Origin: a virus
Virus record (IMG/VR): IMGVR_UViG_3300029432_000352
Length of the DNA stretch: 64,000 bases
Reading direction: 5' to 3' (one strand)
Below are positions 39,441 through 49,240 of the stretch, piece by piece (the stretch's first letter is position 1; every line of letters starts with the position of its first letter). The notes beneath the pieces were generated by a model. That model did no database searches. It saw nothing but the letters and a program-made list of their open reading frames with translations, and was not told where the DNA came from. The translations under genes and the position numbers were made by a program.

Positions 39441-39716
39441 TTAGCATCTAATCAAGATATAATCTTTGATTACACTTTCCCAAATATCATTATCCGGAAA
39501 ATTGCAATCTTTTTTATCCTCAAACTCATCTGCCAAAATTTCTTTTGCAGAAATCAAACTTGAATATAATTCGTAATCATTATAATCAAGTTCTTCTTTA
39601 GCATCATCATCTTCGTTTAAACCGAAATATTCATTAACCTGATTAACAGCATCTTCTACGTAAAATGAATGCTGCATTTCACGAAAGATTTTGTATTTTT
39701 CTTTATATGTAAGCAT
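39441..39716 (-). CDS. hypothetical protein (91 aa)
   Basis: ORF. Confidence 0.5.
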   Translation of the reverse strand: MLTYKEKYKIFREMQHSFYVEDAVNQVNEYFGLNEDDDAKEELDYNDYELYSSLISAKEILADEFEDKKDCNFPDNDIWESVIKDYILIRC

Positions 39717-39719
39717 CTA

Positions 39720-39995
39720 TCATTCAACCTCCTTAAAAAGTTTACGACATTCTTCGCTATGATAAATAAATACCATAGAAATGTAGTCGTTAGCCAATAC
39801 TAATGTTGACAGCCATCCGTCTCCTAAATTATCTGTATATTCGGCAATTGCCGGAATAGAGATACAATAACCATCAAGTGCTTGTTTCATTGTTCTGACG
39901 TTATCTTTAGGCTCGACATATATTTCAACATTTGGATCGTTTTTCTTCAGATATTCAATATATCCGTTTATGCGTTCTTGAATTTCTTGTTTCAT
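39720..39995 (-). CDS. hypothetical protein (91 aa)
   Basis: ORF with GGAGGAATT RBS. Confidence 0.5.
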   Translation of the reverse strand: MKQEIQERINGYIEYLKKNDPNVEIYVEPKDNVRTMKQALDGYCISIPAIAEYTDNLGDGWLSTLVLANDYISMVFIYHSEECRKLFKEVE

Positions 39996-40010
39996 TTTAG
40001 AATTCCTCCT

Positions 40011-40145
40011 TTAAAAATCACGTTTCCAACTTTTATCTTTTCGATTATACGCTTTTTTATTTTTAAACACCTGAGTTGCCGGCTTTACCATACCCCAAGT
40101 ATTTCTGTCAATCGAATTGATTTTCTTTTGAGCTTTTTTGCTCAT
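40011..40145 (-). CDS. small very basic K/R-rich protein (44 aa), not in ORF track
   Basis: ATG 40145, TAA 40011-40013; weak RBS. Confidence 0.25.
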   Translation of the reverse strand: MSKKAQKKINSIDRNTWGMVKPATQVFKNKKAYNRKDKSWKRDF

Positions 40146-40178
40146 TTTCTTTTTAGTTACAAATTTTTCCATTCATAA

Positions 40179-40352
40179 TCACCCCATTAAATAATTCACT
40201 GCTTTAAAAGAAGCAAAAAAGTACATAATCGCAATACAAACAGCGATTGAGATAAGTAAAAGTGCAACTTCTATACAAAGTTCACACCAAAACTTTTTTG
40301 CTTTTTCTTTTTGAAAATGCTTTTTTAATTTAATTTTCGTTAAATTATCCAT
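40179..40352 (-). CDS. small membrane protein (57 aa, one TM), not in ORF track
   Basis: GGGAGTAAG RBS before ATG 40352; antisense plus-strand ORF 39882..40178 is likely spurious. Confidence 0.3.
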   Translation of the reverse strand: MDNLTKIKLKKHFQKEKAKKFWCELCIEVALLLISIAVCIAIMYFFASFKAVNYLMG

Positions 40353-40366
40353 ACTATCTTACTCCC

Positions 40367-40630
40367 TTAAAAGTCACCTTCCGTAATCAATTTCATCATA
40401 TTTGAAATATTGACTTCTAAACCACGATGTTCAAGTATCGTACTTAGATTAACGATATTTTCATCATTGTAATGGGTATAAGAAAAGTGTGATAAGTCAC
40501 AATACTCGTTAATAAAAATTTCACGAGTCTTTTTATTGAAATATATAATTCCGTAATGACCGTTACCTTGCTTTTTATAGTCATTATATTTATTAACTAC
40601 ATGAACAACATCTGCTGCTTTACAAACCAT
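40367..40630 (-). CDS. hypothetical protein (87 aa), paralog of 49241..49540
   Basis: shared HYG[IL][IL].F.K.T....EY.DL..SY..YN...IV.L pattern. Confidence 0.5.
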   Translation of the reverse strand: MVCKAADVVHVVNKYNDYKKQGNGHYGIIYFNKKTREIFINEYCDLSHFSYTHYNDENIVNLSTILEHRGLEVNISNMMKLITEGDF

Positions 40631-40663
40631 ATTGAATTCCTCCTTATATTTTTACGTTTTCCT

Positions 40664-41182
40664 TTATTCTTCGTCAAGACGTTGTTGGTATTGGGTGAAG
40701 TACCATTCTAATTCAACTTTAAACACATTTATAGCTCTTTGGGCTGTTTCTCTTGTAGTAAAATACACATCATTTAAACATCTTTCACAGAAATTTGGAA
40801 TTACATTGAACATATTCATAGCATAGTCATATCTTATAGTATATTTGTGAATATCCTTATTTTTCCAATTTATCGCCCTATCATTCAATGCCTGCCACTG
40901 TCTTAAACAGCACAATAATCTGTCTGCTCTTGCATTGTTCTTGGCAATCTCATAGTCACTATAATAGTTGCCGCTATCGTAAAAACCTTGATCCACTATA
41001 TCTTTTTCTTCTTTCGTTCTATTCATGTCGCTTAATCCGTCATTGAAAAAATACGTGCTACCCTTTTCCACTCTTTCATAGCCAGTCTTAGGTTTATCTA
41101 TAGTTAAACCTAAAATTTTAGCTTGTTCTTCATTGATTTCAGTTTGTATAGTTTTACCGTTTGCTGTTATTTCAATTTTCAT
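40664..41182 (-). CDS. hypothetical protein (172 aa), paralog of 41484..42005
   Basis: shared R[QH]WQALND, GYE.VE, C-terminal W[YY] motifs. Confidence 0.5.
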   Translation of the reverse strand: MKIEITANGKTIQTEINEEQAKILGLTIDKPKTGYERVEKGSTYFFNDGLSDMNRTKEEKDIVDQGFYDSGNYYSDYEIAKNNARADRLLCCLRQWQALNDRAINWKNKDIHKYTIRYDYAMNMFNVIPNFCERCLNDVYFTTRETAQRAINVFKVELEWYFTQYQQRLDEE

Positions 41183-41331
41183 TTTCTTATTCCTCCTTTG
41201 AATTGGTTGTTGCTTTTTAAATTAACTTTCACTTTAAATTTTAATTTGAACGTAAAAAGTCTTTTTTGATTCCTCCTTATGAAATTTAATAGATATATAT
41301 AATCCGTTTTTTAAAACGGTAAAAAAGAAAA

Positions 41332-41468
41332 TAAAAAAAGAGCAATCAAGCCCTTATTAGGGTTAGATTACTCTTTAAATTTAACTATATTAGCATAAAA
41401 GAATACATTGTATTCTTAAACCTTCATACTTCTTAATATAATTATATCATTTACAATTGTGAAGTCAA
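41332..41468 (-). promoter_or_regulatory. leader module copy b (TTGACTTCA-16-TGaTATAAT; terminator-like hairpin 41339-41374)
   Basis: plus: attatatca 41441-41449, agtcaa 41463-41468. Confidence 0.5.
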
Positions 41469-41483
41469 TATGTAAATACAAAA

Positions 41484-42005
41484 TTATTTTGAATCTAAAC
41501 GTTGTTTATATTTGGTGTAATACCACATCAAATCATTATGGAATTCTAACATTGCTTTATACGCAATTTCATATGATGAAAAATATATTGTACCGAATGT
41601 TTTATAATGACAATCAGACAAAATTTCTATTTGATTTTTAGTATAATTGTAATAAAAATAGAATTTATCCGATTCTTGCTCCCATTCTACCTTGTCTATA
41701 GATTTATCATTAAGAGCTTGCCAATGTCGTATTTTTTGAAATAATGTATCTGCTTTTTTATTCATTAAAGCTATTTTGATATTTGAATATACATTACCGG
41801 TATTATATTGTTTTACATCATTTTTACTGCCGGTATAGATTTTCTTTTTAATACCATTATTAGAAACGATATAAATAGGCTTATTTTCTACGGCTTCATA
41901 TCCGGTGTATGATTTGTTTATAAAACCAAAACGTATATATTTAGCATATTCATCTTCAATATTAATTGGTATTAATATACCGTTTAAATTCAAAATTAAT
42001 TTCAT
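41484..42005 (-). CDS. hypothetical protein (173 aa), paralog of 40664..41182
   Basis: see paralog. Confidence 0.5.
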   Translation of the reverse strand: MKLILNLNGILIPINIEDEYAKYIRFGFINKSYTGYEAVENKPIYIVSNNGIKKKIYTGSKNDVKQYNTGNVYSNIKIALMNKKADTLFQKIRHWQALNDKSIDKVEWEQESDKFYFYYNYTKNQIEILSDCHYKTFGTIYFSSYEIAYKAMLEFHNDLMWYYTKYKQRLDSK

Positions 42006-42019
42006 TATTTTCCCTCCAT

Positions 42020-42484
42020 TTATTTAATTTGATTTAAGTTTTTTAATGCTTTTGGATTATCATGAATATTGTCAATTACTTCAATATCTGAGCCATTGAT
42101 ATTGTTCATAAAATCAACAGAAAATGTGCTGGCATCCACAAAAAAACCACCATCATCATAAGTTATAATACCGAATTCCTCATTTTCGGTGAGAATGTTT
42201 ACTATATCACCCTAAAAAATTTTTCTTCCGTTTCGGTCAGTCAAACCTGTATATTGACCGACTGTATCGGCTATGACCTCAACGGCTTGCATTGTTCGCG
42301 GCATATTCCAATCCGCAAACGAATTTACTGTTATTACGTATGATATTTCATCATCTTTCAGGCTGTCATTACTTAAAGCACATACTTGTCGCTTTTCCCA
42401 TATATGAAAACCACCGTAAATCCATTGATTCGTTTTGATGCTTTTACCTCTGAATAGTATCTCTCGCATTTTTTTGCCCTCCAA
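42020..42484 (-). pseudogene. YopX-family gene with in-frame TAG (42212-42214) after codon 90; full frame 154 codons ending IDNIHDNPKALKNL
   Basis: N-terminus MREILFRGKS...W.YGG and C-terminus I.NIHDNP match YopX; TAG codon is in frame with downstream 64 codons. Confidence 0.55.
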
Positions 42485-42496
42485 TAACTTTTGTTT

Positions 42497-42898
42497 TTAA
42501 TTTTTACTCTTTTCATATTTTTTTACAATCTCATAAATAGCTTTTATATCTTCAGTAGAAAAACTACCGATTTTATATTGAATAATAGTTGAAATTTTAG
42601 GCTTTAGCTGTAATCTTTTAATTTCTTCTTCTGCCGAATTTTTAGAACTATAAAGCAAAGTTGAGATGCCATAATTTTCTTTAGGTCTAAATACGTTTGA
42701 ATCATCATCATAACAATATTCACTGCTATAACTTTCCAAGCCTTTAACAGTAACATATTTCCGACCAACTTTAGTAATTATAACTTCTTTCATTCGAGGT
42801 GGGGTATTATATCCGATATTAGCATATACTACATATGCTTTTTCACCCACGTTGAAATCTTTGATTGATTGATTATTCATTTTCGTTTCCTCCTTCAT
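42497..42898 (-). CDS. hypothetical protein (133 aa)
   Basis: ORF. Confidence 0.5.
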   Translation of the reverse strand: MKEETKMNNQSIKDFNVGEKAYVVYANIGYNTPPRMKEVIITKVGRKYVTVKGLESYSSEYCYDDDSNVFRPKENYGISTLLYSSKNSAEEEIKRLQLKPKISTIIQYKIGSFSTEDIKAIYEIVKKYEKSKN

Positions 42899-43124
42899 CT
42901 TGTGCTATATGATTTTCAAAAAAATGTATATAACTATCTATAGCTGAAGCTGAAAGCATATAATTCAAATCTTTTTGATTCATACTACTGTCAACCGAAA
43001 ACACATATAATGCAAGGGTATAACCTTTTTTTGAAATCCAATATGAACATTTATCATTGAATGCATTTTTTATAGGTGTAAGTACATATTCACCTATCGT
43101 TATTTGTTTAAGTGTTGTAATCAT
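42873..43124 (-). CDS. hypothetical protein (83 aa from ATG 43124)
   Basis: AAGGAGGAATTTT RBS before ATG 43124; ORF-track start 43202 lies in module c. Confidence 0.45.
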   Translation of the reverse strand: MITTLKQITIGEYVLTPIKNAFNDKCSYWISKKGYTLALYVFSVDSSMNQKDLNYMLSASAIDSYIHFFENHIAQDEGGNENE

Positions 43125-43187
43125 AAAATTCCTCCTTAAATTATTCATTTGATATATATATAAACCACTAAATAGTAGTAAAAAAGA

Positions 43188-43333
43188 ATAAAAAAAGAAC
43201 AATTATATTTTCCGGTTAGGAATTTATAATTGTTCTATGTTAAACTATTAAATACAAAAAGAGAATATTATATCTCTCTTGAGCACTTCATATTTATACT
43301 ATAAGTATAACATAGCATATAATTGAAGTCAAT
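43188..43333 (-). promoter_or_regulatory. leader module copy c (TTGACTTCA-17-TGtTATACT; 12-bp perfect terminator-like stem 43197-43237)
   Basis: plus: agtata 43305-43310, agtcaa 43328-43333. Confidence 0.5.
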
Positions 43334-43338
43334 ATACA

Positions 43339-43370
43339 AAAAACAGACTCTCAATAAATGAGAGTCTGTA
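43339..43370 (-). terminator. rho-independent terminator (11-bp stem acagactctca + U6) ending methyltransferase transcript
   Basis: seen directly. Confidence 0.65.
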
Positions 43371-43514
43371 GGCTCTTTCTATATTTAAGTAGATGAGCGA
43401 GAAGTGTAAACACTTAAAATGAATTATCATTATTAATATTATATCACATTATATTTGAAAATTCATTAAACTTTACAAATTGATAAAAAACTTTATGAAT
43501 TAGTATCTTATTTT

Positions 43515-44567
43515 TTATATCTTATATATTAGCCCATATACACCGTTACCATAATTCTTATATTGGTCCTTATGTTCATATACAGTGGCTCTTATTCTCT
43601 CTCTGTAATGAGGATTTTTCTTAGCTTTAGGATGTTCTTTAAGAAAATCGGCTAAGTCGGATAATTTTGCCGAACCGCCTAATTCTTCAAGTGACATTCT
43701 AATAAGATGATGCCAAGTTAATGCTTTACTGTCACATTCTTTCATAGAGATTTGTCTGCTTATTCTTTTTGAAAAATCAATTATGAACGGATCGTTCTTA
43801 TGGAAAACCAACATATATTCTGTTACAATCGGAATAAATGGTTTTTTATAAGTTCTACTGTCCGAAACACAATTAAACTGTCCTTTAACAATAAAACTTT
43901 CAAAATCTCCAATTTTCATCATATCATGTTGCATAGAATGAAATTCGCCCTTAGAACGAATATCACCGACTAAAATGGCTAATCTGCCATCTTTTCTTAA
44001 TGCCATATATAGTTTTTGAATTACAAAGTTTAATTTTTCAATAAAATCATTATAATTTTCACATCGTGATAAATCGTCAGGATTAGCTTTGCCCCACATA
44101 TTACCACTATATTTTATAATATCGTGATAAGGCGGATGAAAGAAAATTAAGTCGGCACTATCTTCTACATCATTTTTTAAAGCATTCCAATTTCCGATAC
44201 CGCATTTAGGATTCGGGTTTAAATCGTATAAAACCGAATTTATACCTAATTTATCAGCAACTCCCTTTGAAGTGCCAGAACCACTCATTGGATCAAGCAG
44301 TGTAAATTGAGAAACATCTTTATCATAGTATCTTTTTGAAGCAAGTACATATTTTGTAATAGCTTCAATCACTTTAGGCGAACAATTACCTCTCCATTGA
44401 TTATTACCTCCATCTCCACGATCAGGAAAAGCCATAAACGAAGTTAATTCTTTCCCTACTCGATGTCTTAAATTTTCAGTGCCTAAATTTTGAACAATAT
44501 TTTGCCATTCTTCACCGAATTCTTGTTTCAGTAAATTTATTGCTCTATTAAAATTATAATTTGTCAT
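43515..44567 (-). CDS. DNA methyltransferase, orphan (350 aa; motif I DPMSGSGT, motif IV-like HPPY)
   Basis: SAM-binding and catalytic tetrapeptide motifs; no adjacent restriction endonuclease. Confidence 0.55.
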   Translation of the reverse strand: MTNYNFNRAINLLKQEFGEEWQNIVQNLGTENLRHRVGKELTSFMAFPDRGDGGNNQWRGNCSPKVIEAITKYVLASKRYYDKDVSQFTLLDPMSGSGTSKGVADKLGINSVLYDLNPNPKCGIGNWNALKNDVEDSADLIFFHPPYHDIIKYSGNMWGKANPDDLSRCENYNDFIEKLNFVIQKLYMALRKDGRLAILVGDIRSKGEFHSMQHDMMKIGDFESFIVKGQFNCVSDSRTYKKPFIPIVTEYMLVFHKNDPFIIDFSKRISRQISMKECDSKALTWHHLIRMSLEELGGSAKLSDLADFLKEHPKAKKNPHYRERIRATVYEHKDQYKNYGNGVYGLIYKI

Positions 44568-44630
44568 TAAAATTGCTCCTTTCGTAAAAAAATAATAGCT
44601 ATCTACCCGAAGGTAAATAGCTATTTGACA

Positions 44631-44969
44631 TTACATTATAAAATCCTCCTTTACAATGTCAATACGGATAAGTCGTTCCCACTTAACAAAGCGGAACTCT
44701 GCCTTATCCTCAGTACCGTCAGCTTGTTTGATAAGCACTCGGTCATTAACTGCCATTATGACCGGTTTGCCATTAGCCAATTTAATGAACTGCTGTTGCA
44801 AATTAATTGGTGCGACTATGGCAATTATATCGCACTCATTAATTTCGTCTTGCAATTCGTAAGCTGATTGAACTGTCTTGTTTACTTGTATAATTTCCAC
44901 ATCGCCAAGAGCAGCTCTCTGCTCCGGTGTCATCTCGTGACGTGAAAACCATAACACTTTCTTTTTCAT
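44631..44969 (-). CDS. hypothetical protein (112 aa), locally higher GC
   Basis: ORF. Confidence 0.5.
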   Translation of the reverse strand: MKKKVLWFSRHEMTPEQRAALGDVEIIQVNKTVQSAYELQDEINECDIIAIVAPINLQQQFIKLANGKPVIMAVNDRVLIKQADGTEDKAEFRFVKWERLIRIDIVKEDFIM

Positions 44970-45004
44970 TTTAATTTCCTCCTTAATTTTAATTGCATTA
45001 ATGA

Positions 45005-45394
45005 TCAGAAAAGACGTTTGCCTTCCATATAGCCGCCGTCTTTTGTTCTTACAACATCAAATATAGCTGTAACATTGCCATACCACTTCTTTGAATACCC
45101 TTGTTCAAAAGTATCCACTAAGTGGCATGATTCATCTTCATACCAGAATATAAATTTATTCATTTGAAAAACCTCCTTTATTTTATGCTCTAATAACATT
45201 CTCATAAGAATTATAGATGTTATTAAATACATAATGAATAACTTAGTTGCCGAAATAACTTTTATATCAGGTTTAATAATTAATATCCCGATAATTGAAG
45301 CTAAAATAATAATATTTGTTAGCTTCTTAAAAGTGTCTTTCTTTGCAAACACAGCAACTTCAATAAAAGTGATAAAATTTTCTATCCCTTTCAT
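45005..45394 (-). CDS. membrane protein (129 aa)
   Basis: 2-3 TM helices. Confidence 0.45.
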   Translation of the reverse strand: MKGIENFITFIEVAVFAKKDTFKKLTNIIILASIIGILIIKPDIKVISATKLFIMYLITSIILMRMLLEHKIKEVFQMNKFIFWYEDESCHLVDTFEQGYSKKWYGNVTAIFDVVRTKDGGYMEGKRLF

Positions 45395-45428
45395 TTTAAT
45401 TTCCTCCTTAAAAACAATAAGAGAGGTA

Positions 45429-45701
45429 TTACGCTACCTCTCCATACCAATAAGCAGCCTGATCAAGAACTGCCTTTAAAAAGTCACGAGCTTGAGCTTG
45501 AAGCTCATCAATTCGATCCCAACCGGTTGGCTCTTCGCCATTCATGATCGGGATTAAATGAAAACCAAGCAAATCAACGGTTAGATGATAAACGCTCTCA
45601 GCGTTGAGAGGCATTTCATCAAATACCGTTTCAACGTTGTACGAATTGAACTCAATTGGTTTATGATAACGTGTCATTTTAATTTCCTCCTTAAAAAACA
45701 A
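45429..45701 (-). CDS. hypothetical protein (90 aa)
   Basis: ORF. Confidence 0.5.
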   Translation of the reverse strand: MFFKEEIKMTRYHKPIEFNSYNVETVFDEMPLNAESVYHLTVDLLGFHLIPIMNGEEPTGWDRIDELQAQARDFLKAVLDQAAYWYGEVA

Positions 45702-45764
45702 AAAAATTCCGGATACTTTTTTGTATATAAACTGTCAATAATGGCAGATAATAAAATTAAATCT

Positions 45765-45906
45765 ATAAAAAAAGAACAAACTAAATCCCTTTAGGGTTTG
45801 TTAGTCTGTTCTTGAACTTTAATTAAAATCGAAACATGGTATAACCATGTTTCAATAACCTTCATATCTTATATTTTTATTATAACATACATAGAAATGA
45901 AGTCAA
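45765..45906 (-). promoter_or_regulatory. leader module copy d (TTGACTTCA-16-TGtTATAAT; hairpin 45773-45812 + U-run)
   Basis: plus: attataaca 45869-45877, agtcaa 45901-45906. Confidence 0.5.
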
Positions 45907-46376
45907 TAACTTTTTATACAATATTTTTTTAAAAGTTTTATATAATTTCTTTACATAGCATCCCATTGCTTATATTCCTCTAAGCGATGAATAAATCCAC
46001 TGAATTGAGGAATGGTAAAATCTAATTCTCGATATTTTACCGTATAAATACGTAAAAATAATACGATAAGTTTAAAACTTACCGTATTATTTGAAATCAA
46101 AACTTGTTATTGTGGTTTACCTATTTTTGACTATTTTGCATAATTGACAAAATCATAACTATAATATATAATAAAATTATCAATATAGATAACTTTAGCA
46201 CACGGCAAATACACTACAATGTTAATTGTACGTAAATTTGTCCTCTGTGCTTTTTTTATTTCTTCACAAAATAATTATATTTTATTATTTTTAATCAATA
46301 CTTCCTATATATATAATGCCTATTTTTTATGGTTTTCTACATTTTCATAAGTAAATAGGCACTTATATATTTGCTA

Positions 46377-46805
46377 TTATGAAATTTTATGCTCTGTTAA
46401 ATCATCAAGTTCTAATATTATCTCTTTCTTTTTATACATTTCCTCTACTTTTTTTACAGCTTCTTCATATGAATTGGCTTTCACTGGAATTTGCGTAGAA
46501 TAAACTTCATAGACATTAATATTGAATATTCCATTATCTCCGATATAATGTTTGACCATTTCAGCAAGTCGTTCTTTTTGTTCAGGATTTTTATCAAGTT
46601 CCTTAGCAAAATCAACTTTTCGCATAAATTCGGACCAACAAACATCTGAATTTGGCTCTTTTTTTACAACTTCTATATATCCTCGACTATAATCGCCTTG
46701 CAATATACCGTATTTTAAAGCCATATTAATTAATATCATTGTTGGATGCAATCCATTATATTCTTTTCCTAAATCTGCATTATGCTTATTATTACTCATT
46801 TTCAT
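46377..46805 (-). CDS. hypothetical protein (142 aa)
   Basis: ORF. Confidence 0.5.
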   Translation of the reverse strand: MKMSNNKHNADLGKEYNGLHPTMILINMALKYGILQGDYSRGYIEVVKKEPNSDVCWSEFMRKVDFAKELDKNPEQKERLAEMVKHYIGDNGIFNINVYEVYSTQIPVKANSYEEAVKKVEEMYKKKEIILELDDLTEHKIS

Positions 46806-46811
46806 TCTCCT

Positions 46812-47231
46812 TTACTCCGTCATATATTTTTGTACAAACAATGGGGTTTCATCATACAAATAGTATTGGTATTCGGTATTTAATTCATCAACCATAAAGT
46901 CAGAATAAACCTCATCATAGTCATTCCAATCAATACCTTTAATTTCTTCAAGCCATTTTGAAAATGACAGCTTATCCGAAGTATCGACTTTTGGGATTTC
47001 CTCAATCAGAAAATCATTTTCTTCAATATCAATCCATTTTAATACCCAAGTTGAATTGCCGGCATTAAAGTAATATATTGCAACCATACCGTTATTTTCC
47101 CAACCGGATGTCACAATTTTTTGATTGGTTTCGGTATCAATACCGTACCAAAAATTTGGCTGCAAGGTGAATCCATAATATCCTTTCCATGTATCTCCCT
47201 TATATTGTTTTAACTGTAACATAATAATCAC
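46812..47231 (-). CDS. hypothetical protein (139 aa)
   Basis: ORF. Confidence 0.5.
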   Translation of the reverse strand: MIIMLQLKQYKGDTWKGYYGFTLQPNFWYGIDTETNQKIVTSGWENNGMVAIYYFNAGNSTWVLKWIDIEENDFLIEEIPKVDTSDKLSFSKWLEEIKGIDWNDYDEVYSDFMVDELNTEYQYYLYDETPLFVQKYMTE

Positions 47232-47269
47232 TCCTTCACTTAAATATCTTTCGATTTTTCATGGTAACG

Positions 47270-47866
47270 CTAAAATATATGATAATGCTTTGTTAGTGTA
47301 AAATATTCGACTTTTCTAATCATTTCTTTCTTTAACTGCCAAAAAGTAGCTTGAATATACGAACCTGCAATTCTTATATCATTATTTACCGCTTCAAGAT
47401 TGAAAATTCTTTGCCAACTATTAATAATTGCTGTTTTTCTTTTATCTTCCGGTAAATTATCTAACCATTGCTGTTCTTCGTCCCATTCCTTTCCGTTATT
47501 ACATTCGGTAACAAAATCATTATTAAGAATTAATAACCAGTTATCAAAATCAGAAAGTAAAACTTCATTATCAGAGATTTCAAATTCAATGCATATTAAT
47601 TCATCGCCTTCTTTGCCAAAACCCATTTCATAATAATCCGGTTTTTGATGCTTATATTCTATTGTATGCCAAGCCCAAAGAGGTAATTGTAATTTTTTTG
47701 GGTGATATATACCTCTATTATCCATTTCTTTCACAAGCCAATCATAAGCTCTGTGAAATTCATTTGACGAATTATACCATTCACTTTTGGTTGTATCACA
47801 CGTAAAAACACCTTTCTCTTTAATAATATCCAATGTACTTTTTGGTTGAATTGTCCATAAAATCAA
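47270..47866 (-). CDS. DUF3841-like protein (198 aa)
   Basis: MILWTIQP...AYDWLVKEM...PLWAWH pattern recalled for DUF3841; tentative. Confidence 0.4.
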   Translation of the reverse strand: MILWTIQPKSTLDIIKEKGVFTCDTTKSEWYNSSNEFHRAYDWLVKEMDNRGIYHPKKLQLPLWAWHTIEYKHQKPDYYEMGFGKEGDELICIEFEISDNEVLLSDFDNWLLILNNDFVTECNNGKEWDEEQQWLDNLPEDKRKTAIINSWQRIFNLEAVNNDIRIAGSYIQATFWQLKKEMIRKVEYFTLTKHYHIF

Positions 47867-47880
47867 TAGAATTCCTCCTT

Positions 47881-48342
47881 TTAAAATATAATTTCAAGAC
47901 AGTATATACCGTCTTTGCATCTGTAAGCATATACATCATATGATCCATCACCATATCCTGATGAGGTACAAAAGCCATGTTCATTTATCAGATAATCAAA
48001 ATTATTTGCTTTGATGGCTTTACAAAAGTCATACCATTCTCCCTCAGAATAATTGGGCTTATCTTGATAAAATCCTGCCATACTGAGATCTACTCTGATA
48101 CTTCCAATGCATTCTTTTTTACTGTTTTGTTGGGGCGAATTATGCCCTTGCAGGCAAATCTGACATATGAAAGTTCTTTTACTTACACTGTCAATGTACG
48201 ATATGCAGTTATATTTACCCGGTATAATTTTTACATTATCCATCCTACACCATACATCATCGCTATAGCACGGATCGGTAACAGATACAATACCCTTATC
48301 AAATGTAAATGTTCCTCTTACTTGTTTCTTTAATTTTTTCAT
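47881..48342 (-). CDS. hypothetical protein (153 aa)
   Basis: ORF. Confidence 0.5.
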   Translation of the reverse strand: MKKLKKQVRGTFTFDKGIVSVTDPCYSDDVWCRMDNVKIIPGKYNCISYIDSVSKRTFICQICLQGHNSPQQNSKKECIGSIRVDLSMAGFYQDKPNYSEGEWYDFCKAIKANNFDYLINEHGFCTSSGYGDGSYDVYAYRCKDGIYCLEIIF

Positions 48343-48369
48343 AAGTTATTCTCCTTTAAATTCAGTTAT

Positions 48370-48696
48370 TTATATTCTTACATCTCTTGTTTGATTAACC
48401 GGCACTTCTAATAACTTTGCAATATTACTTGAAAGTTCAATTAATGTACTGGCGAATCTGTTATGATAACCGGTGTAATCTTTCAGATTATCCGCATATC
48501 TGTACATATAGCGTAATACATATGTACTTATTTCAGTATTAACATAAACGATTGCGTTGTTATTAGGGTTTCGTATAAATCCCGAGCAACCTCTTTTGCT
48601 ACCATTCACATTGATTGTATGCAAATGATATTCCATTCCTTGAATGTGTTTCTCAATTGCATTCCGTAATTTTCTACCTAAAATAATATCATTCAT
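48370..48696 (-). CDS. hypothetical protein (108 aa)
   Basis: ORF with AGGAGG RBS. Confidence 0.5.
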   Translation of the reverse strand: MNDIILGRKLRNAIEKHIQGMEYHLHTINVNGSKRGCSGFIRNPNNNAIVYVNTEISTYVLRYMYRYADNLKDYTGYHNRFASTLIELSSNIAKLLEVPVNQTRDVRI

Positions 48697-48761
48697 ACTG
48701 AATTCCTCCTTAAAAATAATTATGTTTAATATATAAACAGCTTAATAGCTGTAACAAAAAT

Positions 48762-48904
48762 AATAAAAAAAGAGTGATTAAGCCCTATTTGGGTTTAATC
48801 ACTCATAAAAAACTATATTAATTAAAAAAGAAAACAATTTCAATTATTTTCTTAAAAACTTCATACTTATATTTTAATTATAACATGATATAAAATGAAG
48901 TCAA
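48762..48904 (-). promoter_or_regulatory. leader module copy e (TTGACTTCA-16-TGtTATAAT; hairpin 48771-48804 + U-run); ~100 bp identical to copy f
   Basis: plus: attataaca 48877-48885, agtcaa 48899-48904. Confidence 0.55.
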
Positions 48905-48961
48905 TACCTGTTTATCTTTAGCCAATGAATATACCTCATAAATAATCTCTTTTTCCAACTA

Positions 48962-49231
48962 TCAAATAAACTCGAACAATTCGTGTTCACCCGGAATATA
49001 TAATTTTCCGTTTTCGACACATCGGAACAGATCACACTTGCTTCCACAACTTGCTGTATAAAACTTTTTCAAGCTATAGTTGCATTTCTTCCAATCGTAA
49101 TCACACATTCCAAGTTCTCTATCGCTTCTAAGGTGCTTAGAAAGCGTATAAAGATTTTTATCTTCATATTCTTTTAAATTTCGTTCCGGTTCAAAATGAT
49201 AATTGCTATATTTAAACATAATATTCCTCAC
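48962..49231 (-). CDS. hypothetical Cys-containing protein (89 aa)
   Basis: ORF. Confidence 0.5.
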   Translation of the reverse strand: MRNIMFKYSNYHFEPERNLKEYEDKNLYTLSKHLRSDRELGMCDYDWKKCNYSLKKFYTASCGSKCDLFRCVENGKLYIPGEHELFEFI

Positions 49232-49240
49232 TTTCTATTC

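Noticed and set aside
39882-40178. 98-aa plus-strand ORF (F/I/L-rich) in an otherwise minus-strand block
   Set aside because: Antisense to two RBS-supported small minus-strand ORFs; composition typical of AT-rich antisense frames.
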